A model generated the notes under the pieces. It had not been told where the DNA came from and searched no databases. It saw only the letters and a list, made by a program, of their open reading frames with translations. Positions 39,793-52,700 of a stretch of DNA of 64,000 nt are shown piece by piece. The translations under genes and the position numbers were made by a program. The DNA is from Lingula anatina (taxonomy: Eukaryota > Animalia > Brachiopoda): assembly GCA_051362555.1 (NCBI GenBank), contig CM120646.1:3348001-3412000 (forward strand). Reading direction: 5' to 3'. Numbering within the stretch: the first letter of the stretch is position 1; the number at the start of each line of letters is the position of its first letter.

Positions 39793-40567
39793 CCCTCAAA
39801 ATCGTAATACTTCTGGTTTTGAAGTTCAATCTTCTTGTTTACGGTGCCCTAACAACGCGACCTCTCTCAACATATAGTCAGGCAGAGAACGCGGAAGTAG
39901 GTTGTCGCGTCCGAATACAGCTTGGGTTGAACTAAACGACAGAGAATATTGCTTCTAAACCTTGTTACTTTTCCAACGGTGTCGTTGTTGAATATACGAG
40001 CAATATAGGCTTTGGTGACAGTTGAAATCGATCTATCGCAGTAATCGGTGTTAAAAATAAAAGGCCCCGACGTAAACAGGTACTTAGAGATCAGTAAATA
40101 ATAGTGAATTATTTTGCGACATCCAAAATATCAGCCTAGGGTTGAATACGAAACATAAGCTACAAAACTCTCTTTCATCTGAGATGTGGTGACCAAAAAC
40201 AGTTACCTTGCAAGTGCCCAATCCGGGGGATGGAAAGGGGGGTGGGTGGACAGGGTGAAATGCCTGCATCAGAATTTAAAAGAGGGGCAGGTTCCCTCTC
40301 TGTCCCTTTCCCGACCCATGGACTCATCATTGATTACAGCACTTGCTTGCCCTGTGTAGATTGTGTTTGATAAGTGTAATCTAAGAAATTAGACGCTTCT
40401 TTTAAGTATTCAATTTTCCAACTGTCAAAATACAGACAGCACTGGTTTGCCATCCTAGGCCTGTCAAACTGAAGATTTTCTTTTCCCTTCAACATTATCC
40501 CTTGTACAACATTATGGTACTGTTTTTAATCTCTTTGGACCCCGTCTCTCTTTTTTGCTCTCTCTAG

Positions 40568-40620
<53 letters not shown>

Positions 40621-41218
40621 TAAGAGAGATTCTTTAAGTCAAAACATTATACTTATTTGTCCACAAAGTTCACTAAACAGACTTCCTCAGTTAAGGAACT
40701 TCACATAAATTTCTCTTCCTTGAGGCGAAGCAGTTTTTGCTCTATACAGGCATCTCGGGGCAAACTATCTTCTAAAAAATCAGAAAATCCACTGGATTGT
40801 GGAAGTAATTCAGATCGGCCAGGGTACATCCATGTGATCTTTCATGGCACGTACTTAAAAAAAGACAATTAAACGAAAACGACGACATACATATTTTTGT
40901 GAAGGCAAGATCGGCAACACTAACAGCCAATTCACTCCCTTGTTTCTTATCGCAAACTTTTGTCGCTAGGCTATGAAAAGGAATCTGCGTTTACATTTAA
41001 ATCTAAACGCCCGTTGAGGGGATTCTAAAGTAATCAATAAGTAAATACACCTTCACAAAATAAACCATATATTTCTTAAAATAACCCCTTTACAATAAAA
41101 ACCCACAGGGTCAGGGGGCTGTGAGTAAAGGCTTTTCTTCAAACAGGTAAAGGTTTATACAAATTGCACTCTGGATGTATATTGCCATTACTATTATTAT
41201 TATTCATTGTGTATACTA

Positions 41219-42845
41219 CAGGGTTACCACTTAATATGGAATATTATTTTTTGGTGAGTAAATTTTCTACAAAATATTTAATTTCTCTCTAACTACTTTA
41301 AATCCAAAGCTGAGGTGTCACTCCATGTGTAGCCAGGTGTGTTACCTAATTACCACACAACTCTCGAAACAATTGATGCATGCAGTTGCATGTTCTGTGG
41401 TCAGAAATGTGAGGGGTGGTCTTTTCGGCAATTTCTGCCCTTGTATAAAAACGCATGGGTTTGGTCAATCTTTGGAGTGTGTTTAGTGAAGCAACAAAGG
41501 GATCGCTCTGAAACTTGACAGGTACCTTAGTGAAGATATGGTTCGACAGCTAAGCAACGCAGCTTACTACGGGATTCTTGCTCTCAGAGGAAATGGTCTG
41601 AAACGGACAGCCATTGCCAGGTAATTCAACATTTATCAGGAGCCGTTTGTGAAGTCCTCCAAAGAAATGCTGCGACCAGGGTGTCCGCGTATCACACCAA
41701 GAAGACAGAATCGCCTTCTCCTTAGAGGACGCCGTGCTGGTCGTACAAAGACAACCAGTGTCCTCAGAAAAGAGAGGCAGAATGTCATTCAAACTCCCGT
41801 TTCAAGGTCCCACGTGAACAAGATTTTTCTGCAAGCCGGTTATTTTGCACGAAAGCCAGTAGGGAAACTACTGTTAACAGCAGGTCATGTACAGCGACGT
41901 CTGCAATGGGCTGGGGACCACGTGCGTTTGCAGCCAAAACACTGGAATCACGTCGTTTTCAGTGATGAGGCCAGAAATGGATTTTTTAGGGTTGATCGTC
42001 GAATCCGTGTCCACCGACGTGTACGAGGGGCATAAAACAATGATTGTGTACTGCCTAGGGTGCAAGCAGGGGATGGTAACATCTCTGTTTTGGGAGCATT
42101 TCATGTCGGTGCCAAGAACCAGTTGGTTTTTCTAGGAGGCAACCTCATCCAGGATTCCTACAGATACATTCTTCAGCAAACAATGCTTCGATTGGTAAGA
42201 GTCATCTTCAGGAACAACTTTGTGTACCAAGACGACTGCGCAACCCCACATCGCAGAATCACTGTTTTTCCTCAAAACCAATGGGTTCAGCAACTGCCCT
42301 GGCCTGCAAACTCTCCAGATATGAACCCAATTGAAAATCTCTGGGCGGAAGTAACTCACAGAATTAATAGCTATGGTCCTCGGCCGGTAAATAGTGATGA
42401 ACTGCGATAGGCAAATATCACTGCGTGGAATGATATCCCCACCCAAACTCTAAAAAACGTGTCACAGGGTATGCCGTGTAGGATGAGGGCGCTGCAAGCG
42501 GCTGCTGGAGGTCATACCCGCAATTACTGACTTTTCATGATTTACTGTAGTGAGTTCTTTGACTGTGTAACATATCACTGTCCGGAGGCTATCATTTTCT
42601 TTAATATCTTATCTTAAAGTTTATACTGACATCAAACTGTTGATATGGTTTTCTGGGGGTGTTCCTTTCTTTTGAATGGCATCTTATGTCAGATTTGATA
42701 TTATTGACCAAAATATCTCACAACAGAAGACTGGATGTTATTATCACTCAGTGACATACTTTTTTAATGACTCAAGCCAAAAAAATTTTAATCAGCACTC
42801 AAAAATAACAATGATAAAAATATTCCATATTAAGTAGCAACCCTG
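41219..42845 (+). mobile_element. Full-length degenerate Tc1/mariner transposon
   Basis: TA TSD; TIRs CAGGGTT(A/G)C(C/T)ACTTAATATGGAATATT. Frameshifted transposase ~41538-42529 with VVFSDE, YQDD..TPH, WPANSPDMNPIENLW. Confidence 0.93.
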
Positions 42846-43372
42846 TATTGTTACAATCTGCATTCCATTATGGCTTCAACAAGGTCTAATATCATCACAT
42901 AATTTACATATCACAACTTCGTATTTTTTAAAAATATTTTCTGAGGCCTTCATAAACAGATTATCAATGAACTGCCATCTCTTATTTCATCCTGGTGAAA
43001 TATCTAAATGGACATCAAAGCTCTCTCAAACTTTTGCCAAACCTTTTTTATGTATAAAGTTATCACAACACAGTGCTGCACTCATCAGCAATTGAGTAGT
43101 AGTAGTCCTTTTTTTAAGTAAATAAGTAAATAGGTAAGTAGTCTTACTCATTGTGATTGTTTAATAGAATATTCACAAAAATTGTATTCATATTGTCATT
43201 TTCTTCCACACAAGTGGATGCATATGTTACAGTGAAATAAACTAAACTAAACAATAGATTTGATGGGTATCGGTCTACACTTAAATTACTGGAATGTGCC
43301 AGTTTTACCATTAGTCAGTCTGTGTATTAGCCGGTCTTAACATTAGCCGATGTCACGTGACACAAGAGTCCC

Positions 43373-43549
43373 TGTGACGACCCGATATGTCCGACTGGCC
43401 AGATATGTCCTACTACCAGAGAAGGCCAGATATATCCGACAAAAAAGAGCCAGTTGTGTCGGACATATCTGGCCTGTCGGACATTTCTGGCTCTTTTTTG
43501 TCGGACATATCTGGCCTTCTCTGGTCGTAGGACATATCGGGTCGTCACA
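43373..43549. mobile_element. Palindromic TGT…ACA MITE (Ginger-like ends)
   Basis: TIR TGTGACGACCCGATATGTCC, 5-bp TSD GTCCC, internal GGCCAGATATGTCCGAC repeats; one-armed copy at ~22907-23032. Confidence 0.8.
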
Positions 43550-43795
43550 GTCCCCCATAACAGAGAGTCTGCTTCCCATTCATTTGTACAGGTGAGACTT
43601 GCCCTAGATTTTGACCCACTTAGATCAGACTAACCCTAACCATTATAACTATATGGAGGGCGGAGGTTCTGTTACACGGACCCTCAGTTTCGTTACAAGG
43701 TTCTTAACATTAGCCGGTCTCAACATTAGCCAGTCTTAGCATTAGTCAGTCTTTGCATCATTCAATCTTTGCAATGGTCAGTCTTGCCATTTGAT

Positions 43796-46700
43796 TTAGC
43801 TGGAAAACAGCTGTGGTGTCGAGTTCTCAGTATGCAACATAGAGGTCCAGATGGTTAGGGCAACACCTCTAATAGACAGTCCTTCTACAGTTTGGTGCAT
43901 TACATCTTCGCTGAAGTGTGGTTCACCTGGGCCTTCGTCTCCATTCTGACATGTTTTGAAAGGTAAAAAATAAAATATTTTAATTAATTTTGTTATATTA
44001 CAAATAGTATGTTTTAGAAAGTAAATTTAAAAATGACGAAATTTGTTATTCAAGTGTATTTGGATGATATGCATATTTGGGATTCATATCAGAAGAAGAG
44101 CAAAACAAATATGAAAAACAAACCAATGTGAGAACATGCAATCAAGTTAATCAAAAAGTTAAAAATTCCCAGCCCACAAATTTGAACTGCAACTCTCGAT
44201 TGCGATATATGTATTGTCATTGCAGATATTCAGTAGAATATCACGTAATCAAACCTGAATTAACTTTTGTTAACAAAGCTAGATCTACCTCTTGTTGAAA
44301 TTCCACGTGGCCAGACTGTCCCTGGGCACCCCTGAAAAAATGAAGAAAAAAAAAATAAATAAATAAAAATAATTGAAACTTGACATGAAAAAAAAAAAAA
44401 AACAGTTTAATCAATTCCTTCCTACTTATATCCTTCTCTCTCTCATATAAAGGGGATCAACTGAAGTGGGTTTACATAACTGAAAGATGCACATACTAAA
44501 ATAGGCATTGGATATGTGTACAGTGCATAACAAAATCCTGTTTTAAAAATGCTTACTCGGCGTTTTAAACGCTTACCTCTTTTTTTTCTTATTCCTAACT
44601 TTATTCTTATTGTATTTCCGAATGTTTGATCTACAAAATTTCTGTGTCAGGTCACATCCTCTGGTCATCTGTTCTCACGTTTGAAGTAGTTAGCTTATAT
44701 GTATTTTGGTATTTGAATGATCTAAAGTAGTTATACTTATTTAGGCTTATGTGCACAATTTATGTAAAACTGTAGTATAGAGAGCTTGTAAAATGTAACT
44801 GTACACATTTTAATGATCAATAAATTATCAATATTATTATTATAATAATTATTATTATTATTATTATCAAGAAATCGCGTTAAAATGTTTGCAGCACTAA
44901 GTAAATATAAGACTTACAAAAATTTAGGGAGAAAGTTAATGTTTCTAGGATAGGTTCGTTTTATAAAAAAAGCTACACTATACTGCAAAGAGAAAATGCA
45001 GTGAAGGTGAAAAATCCACGAAGAGCCGTCTACGAGACGGGTAAGCACTGAGATTATAACAGAATACGTAACAAAACTGATCTTGATCATTCAACATCAC
45101 ATATCGCTCACCAAATTTATGATGCGAAATCTGTTATTACTGTCACTTTCCTATTTAGAATATCAAAAAGGGGAAATTTCATCCTCTCTATGTGCGATTT
45201 GTGGTATTTTTCATTAGTTTTTAGTAAATTAAGATCTAAGTTCACTACACAAACCATTTTGGTAGAGAATGAAAACTAGAGGATCAGAGAGGCGATACTG
45301 CCTCCGAATGTTGTACCACCAGCTGGAGTAAGCGCATTCGTATAGACCCCCCCCCCCCCCCACACACACACACACACAAAAAGAGGGACACCACCACCAG
45401 TCTTATGCTTGACAAGCTGTAAAAAATTCAATCAACAAGAATTCTCAAAATATGCCAAATATATATATATATATATTTCAAGGTCACAATTAGATTGCCA
45501 GTATATGACTTCCTATTCGAATTCAATAGTAACTATGGGCGTATCTTTGCCAGTTTTGGAGATAAAAGGGAACTAAAATTTGCAAAGTTACGTCCATGGT
45601 TAAAAGTAGGTCAAAGGTCAATTTTAAGGTCACATTTAGATTGCCAGTATACGACTTCCTATTTAAGTTCAATAGTAACTATGGACCTCTCTCTGCTAGT
45701 TTTGGAGATAAAAGGGAACAAAATTTGTCAAGTTCAGTTCATGGTTAAAAGTAGGTCAAAGGTCAATTTTAAGGTCACAGTTAATTGCCTCTAATGACTT
45801 TCTATTCAAATTCAATAGTAACTATGGGCGTATCTCTGCCAGTTTTGAAAATAAAAGCATTAAAAAGTTGCAAAGTTCAGTTTATGGTTTAAAGTAGGTC
45901 AAATGTCAATTTCAAGTTCAGAGTAAGATTACAAGTATATGACTTCCTATTCAACTTCAATAGTAACTATGGACCCATCTCTGTCAGTTTTGGAGATATA
46001 AGGGACTAGATGTTATAATTTTGAAGTTACAATAATGTGCCATAAATTTCCTACAGAAAAATAATTAATTAAAATAAAGAAATGGTCATTTTGGTTGAAA
46101 TTCTTGAAATGGGAGGTGCTCAGAAGTTCCAGATGTTCAAATTTCATGAAATAATGTCATTTTGACCAGAAGTTGTCTGCCTCGCCAAGCCTTATGTTTT
46201 ATTTTCCCGGGGTTCAAAATTTATTATCCATTACCGTACTGCACATTTTGCTTTCACCACCAATATGTACTTTTTGATACAGCGTCACTCGAAAACCGTA
46301 AGGAATACAAAAAAACGGAGACCACTTTCAGTGTTGAGCTTTACATGCTCTACAAAATGCAAAAAAGAATGGTCGTCTAGTATTAACGGTTCCCGAATTA
46401 GAGACAGTTTTCAGTTTTTGGTATCTTATGGCCGCTACTCCCGTGAAAATGCACCGATTGACCCCAAATTCACGGAGATGAAAGATGACCCGAAGGGTAA
46501 CACTTTCCAATAATATTATTGGTTAAGTCTGTGTAGTGTCTGAATAACAGCGCAAAGTATTCTTTTTCGTAAAAAATTTCGTTTTTTTTTTTGAAAAATT
46601 TGGCCCGTTTGACCTTGAAATAAAGGTCAAGGGTCAAGTCGAGGGCATATTTGAAATCTACACATATGACTTTTGGAAACCCTTTTGAAGAAATTTTTCC

Positions 46701-49700
46701 CATACTTCCTTCCGTAGGGTAGATAATTAGCATTTAATTTTGCCATTTTTGGACAAGGGTGCATTGCAATGAGTGCCACACCTAGATCCCAATACCGACA
46801 AAGCCCAAATTTTACGTGGAACGAGTTGAGATAATAGGTGACCTAAATCCAAGAGATGGGTACGGAGGCCCTTACCGTCTAGGAGGAGAAGCGGTAACGG
46901 TAACATGTCGGCGGAGCCGGCGGAACGATCCGGACGGGACTAAAACCATGTGTACCGCCAGCGCCAACGCTGGTGGTACAATTAATAAACATTTGAAAAT
47001 TAACAAAATGAAAAGAGAGGAACTCCCTATATCACTCGGTATCTGCCCTTGTCTGTATGACTCGGATTATCAAATTATTCTTTATAACTATGATCCAATT
47101 TACAACTCATTCAGCTCTTAATCAAAGTAATAATCCTGTCCATTGGAGAGGAGTACAATGCATAATGGTTAAGACATTAACTTACGTGACATCTTCACCT
47201 GACGGAGCTGACCCTGCCTGTGTTTGACTTATTTCTTCATTGCTTTCATCGCCTAGTCCTTCGTTATTCCTGCTATCTGCAAATATGTTAACAAAAAGTA
47301 AGAGCCTAAATCCAGTTAACATTCTGGATTTTATTACAAAAAAGAAGCAAAGAAGGAAAGAAAAAAGAAAAGAAAGAAAAAAGAGAAAAAAAAAAAGAAA
47401 GAAAACGTGGTAGTCAGCTGGCGACTGGTTTCCTTAACAACATATAAACAAATAGCTGACAACAAATAAATAACCTATCAGTCATTTGAACCTCCCCCCC
47501 CTCCTCTGCGTCGTTCAAACCTTAAAGTCAGGAATAAATGTATAAATGGTGCTTGATTACACCCCATCCTTTTACACTAAGTAACCCTTTTTTAATTCCA
47601 GATCTTCATCCAAACCCAACATAGAGGTGCAATTCACATGCTGAAGTGTCAAAAAATAAAATTTATTGAATTCAAAGTTGTATTCAATTTTTAAAAACAT
47701 ATATGTATTGTTACGTCCTATATTGAGTTCTTTAATAACAAAAAAAATAAAGCATAAACATAAATACGAATGAAAACAAACACCTCAAATTAAAATGATA
47801 ATATTTTACTAATTGAACTAAAACCTAACTAAACATATAATAACATTGAACTAAATAACTTAACTAATATGGGCTTTATAATGTTCAAACAAAGTTAGTG
47901 TTCACAGGATAAAAGAGTCATTCCACGCACTTCCATTTCATTGTCATTGTTCATTTGTGTAGGCCTACGTACCTTCCTTGCGTTGTTCGTAATAGTCAAT
48001 GCTTTTTCTCAACGTTACTTATCTTTTGTCAATCATAGTTCCCTCTCTGTTTTCCGTCAACTTGTGTACTGATGCATGTACAATCATTCGCTTTTTCCAG
48101 CTTCCATATTTTCCATCAACTTGTGTACTAGTGCACGTACAGTCACTCACTTTCCTTTGCCTTTATGTATAGTACTATACATCCATGATCATTTAAAACA
48201 TAGTCCATCTATCCTAGCTCCTTGCTCTCCACGCCTACATGTCTCTCTTCTCCTTCCTTTCTCAGTGGGTGTGTCCAAAAACCTCCACATCCGGGCTCCT
48301 TTATTTTTGTCCACAGTTGTCACCAAAAGTGACCACGAGTTATACTCGCTATAGTTATAATGCCCATTGATATAGAATACAATTGACAGGAGTACTAGTG
48401 CGACGTAACACCCTTCCCCTTTTAAGTCAAGTTTAATTGATAAGATTAAACTTGGAATATTCCTATAAATATTGTATACAAACTACATAATTCTTAATTA
48501 ACTATAACTACTATATACACAACAACATGATCCTTAATTAACTATAATATTTAATATATTCTGGACAAAGCATCGGCGATGCAATTATCTTTTCCTCTAA
48601 TATGCAAAATATCCAAATCATATTCTTGCAACAATAAACTCCATTTAAGCAGACGTCTGTTATGATTTTTCATCTTTCGCAAGAATGTTAAAGGGTTGTG
48701 ATCAGTGTACACAACCACTGGTTGAGGTGTACATTCAACATAGACATCGAAATGTTGCAGAGCTAACACTAGTGCTAACGTTTCTTTTTCGATAGTGGAA
48801 TAATTTCTTTGATGAGAATTGAATTTCTTCGAAAAATATCCCACAGGATGTTCAATACCAAACCCATCACACTGCAATAACACTCCACCCGCTCCTACGT
48901 CACTAGCGTCAATAGCTAATCTAAATGGCCTATCAAAGTCAGGTGCCATTAACACGGGGTTTGAACATAATAACGCTTTCACTTTAGTGAAGGCGTTGTC
49001 ACACTCTAACGACCAGTTGAAAACATTCCTCTTTTTTAACAAATCGGTCAAAGGTGCAGTAACATCAGAAAAATTTTTGCAAAATTTCCTGTAATAGCTA
49101 CACATGCCTAGAAATCGCATAAGCTCTTTTTTGTTCTGAGGTTGAGGAAAATCAATGATGTTTTTAACCTTAGCTTCTACAGGTGTTACGCACCCCTGAC
49201 CCACGACATGTCCCAAATACGTAACTTTTGCCTGACCAAATTCACACTTGGCTAAATTTATGGTCAGACTAGCCTGTTTTAACCTTTGGAAAACTTCTTC
49301 CAACTTGATCATGTGTTCCTTCCAAGAATTGCTGAAAATCACAATATCGTCAATATATTTCTCAACGCCTTCCAAGTTATTCAAACAACTATCCATCATT
49401 CTTTGGAAGGTAGCACCCGAGTTTTTCATACCAAACGCCATAACTTTGTACTGGTATAAACCGGTTGGTGTAACAAACGCAGAAATTTCTTTCGCTCGTT
49501 CTGACAACGGTACACACCAATACCCTTTGAGCAAATCGCACTTTGTTATGAATTTTGCTTTCCCTATCTTGTCGATACAATCGTCCATTCTAGGAATGGG
49601 GTAAGCGTCAGTTTTGGTCACTGCATTGAGCTTACGGAAATCAGTGCAAAATCTCATTGATCCATCTGCTTTTGGTACTAAAATACAAGGAGAGGCCCAA

Positions 49701-52700
49701 TTACTCTGGCTCAATTCAATGAAACCGTTTTGGAGCATGTAATCAACCTCTTTCTGCATTAACTCGGCCTTTTTAGGACTTAGTCTGTACGGGTGTTGTT
49801 TGATAGGAGTACACTCCTCCAGAACAACGTCATGTACAGCTGCATTAGTCCTATTTGGTACATCAGGAAACAGACACCGGTATTTCAAAATCAATTCAAT
49901 CAACTCGTGTCTTTCTTTTGGTGATAAATGATGTAATTCACTATCTAATTTCTCTAATACATCTGAGTTGTGAAGTTTTACTTCTTTAACATCACTATCA
50001 TTCTCATTTTCCTCAACTGACTTCCTCTCCATCCATTCCACATTCATCACTTTTTCACTTCTGTCTCGTTTTTCTTTGCGTTCAAAATGTGCCTTCATCA
50101 TATTTATGTGACACAACTGAGTCATTTTTTTACGATCTGGAGTTCGTATTTCATAATCTACCTCATTGATCTTTCTAACCACTTTATATGGACCGTGATA
50201 TTTTGCCTGTAACGAATCTCCTACAATAGGTAACAAGACTAAAACGTCATCACCTATGTTGAATTCGCGGGCACAAGATTTTTGATCGTACCAGTTTTTC
50301 ATTTCAATTTGCGCGGACTTCAAATTGTTCCTTGCAAATTCACAAGCCCTATTCAATCTGTGCCTAAATTTTGTGACATAATCGAGAAGATTCAGTGAGG
50401 GACTACTTTGATTTCTACTCTTTGCCAGCATTGTTTCTTTTAATGCCATCAACGGCCCACGCACAGTATGTCCAAAAACCAACTCAAACGGACTAAAACC
50501 GAGAGATTCTTGTTTTGCGTCTCTTACCGCAAACAGTAGGAGATCAACACCTTCGTCCCAGTCTTTTTCATTTTCATAACAATATGTCCGTAACATGTTT
50601 TTCAAGGTCCCATGGAATCTTTCCAATGCACCCTGTGACTGCGGGTGATACGCGCTTGAGAAAATTTGCTTTGATCCGATCTCGTATACGACCTGTTGAA
50701 ACAAAGATGAAGTAAAGTTTGAGCCTTGATCAGACTGGATTTCCTTCGGCAACCCAACAAAAGAAAAGAAATGTATCATGGCCTTTGCCACTGTAGCTGC
50801 TTTGATATTTCTTAAAGGTATTGCCTCCGGAAATCGTGTCGAAGAACACATGATTGTAAGTAGAAATTGATTTCCCGTTTTCGTTCTAGGTAAAGGACCA
50901 ACGCAATCTACAATGACTTTACTAAATGGCTCGTCAACTGCTGGTATTGGATGAAGTGGAGCCAATGGGATTTTTTGGTTTGGTTTTCCCACCACTTGAC
51001 ACGCATGGCAGGTTTTGCAATATTCTGAGACGTCCCGTCTGATCTTTGGCCAATAAAAATATTTCATAATTTTGTCTTGCGTTTTTCTAACCCCAAGGTG
51101 ACCTCCCATAGGACTATCATGTGCGACGCTTAAAATCACTGGTCGGAATTTTTCAGGTACAACAATTTGGTAAATTGTGGCCCAATCATCCGATGCAGGT
51201 ATAGCGGGAGATCTCCATTTTCTCATCAATACTCCGTCTCGTATAAAATATCCACGAGGGACTTTTTTTATCTCGACCTCAGACAACACTAATTTGAAAA
51301 GTTTAGCTAAATCAGCATCCTTTCTTTGTTCGGTAACTAAGTCATTCTCTGGGTGTTGTAACTCACTACTCTCAACATCCAGTTCATTTTCTCCATCATC
51401 ATCAACACATTCATCAATTATACCTTCCATTTCATTCTTTTTCTCATCAGTTTTTGACATAGCACGGGTAAGCACATTTACGGAGCAAGACCGTTCACTT
51501 TCAACCTCATTTTCAAGGTGAGCATGGGGATCTTTACAAACTATAGGATCTGCAATCACTTTTCCTCCTGCTAAATCATTTCCAAGCAACAATGTCACCC
51601 CTTTAATTGGTAAAGATGGACGCACACCAACTATCACAGGACCTGAGACTAAATCTGATTTCAAATGAATCTGATGTAAAGGGACGTTCAAGAAACCGCA
51701 TTCTATACCCTGCGCAAGAACCTGCTCACCCGTGTCCGAATTTTCATCTAAAGGCAAAACTCCCTGTAACAACAAGGATTGGCTAGCCCCCGTATCCCTT
51801 AATATTTTAATTGGTTTCATATCACTCGGATTGTTCTCGAGAGACACGTACCCATCAGAGATGAAAGGCAAAAACCTATCCTCATCCTTCTGAGTAGCAT
51901 CTCTAAAATCTGTCACAGGGAACGATACCAATGCATTTGATTTCAATGTTTCGTTTTCTTTCTTCCTTTGCAAAGTCCAACATTCACTCAAAACATGCCC
52001 TCTTTTCTTACAAAAATTACAAAATGGTCCCAAAAATGCTTTTGACCCAGCGTCCTCCCTTCTTTCAGTACGAGGGAAATTTCGGGGAAACTCATTTAGG
52101 TGTGACAATGTTTGACTGGGAGAAACCTTTTCCACAGCCTTTTTACTCTTTGAAAAATTTTTATGCGTTAACGCATAGTTGTCGGCTATAGTAGCTATAC
52201 CTTCCAAACTATCTACATGAGATTCTTCTATATGAACTTTCAATGAATCTGAGACACATTCCTTAAACTCCTCTACTAAGATCATTTGCTTTAATTTCTC
52301 AAAATTTGATCCAACATCTCTCGACCTACACCACCGATCGAATAACATTTCTTTCTCACGCGCAAACTCAATAAACGTTTGGTCGTCCCTTTTGTATAAC
52401 TCTCTAAATTGCTGCCTATATGCCTCTGGTACTAATTCATAGGCTTTGAGAATGGAGTGCTTAACTTTCTCGTAATTTCCGCTATCCTCTAACGAAATCG
52501 CGGCATATGTTTCCTGAGCCTTCCCCGTGAGCACACTTTGGAGCATAATACACCACTTATCTATCGGCCATTCTAAGTTTTTTCGGCCATTCTAAGTTTT
52601 TTGCAACCTTTTCAAAATGCATAAAAAACTTGCCTACTTCTCTTTCGTTGAAGGGTGGGACAAACCTCAATTGTTGTGAACAATTTGTGAAACTACTACT

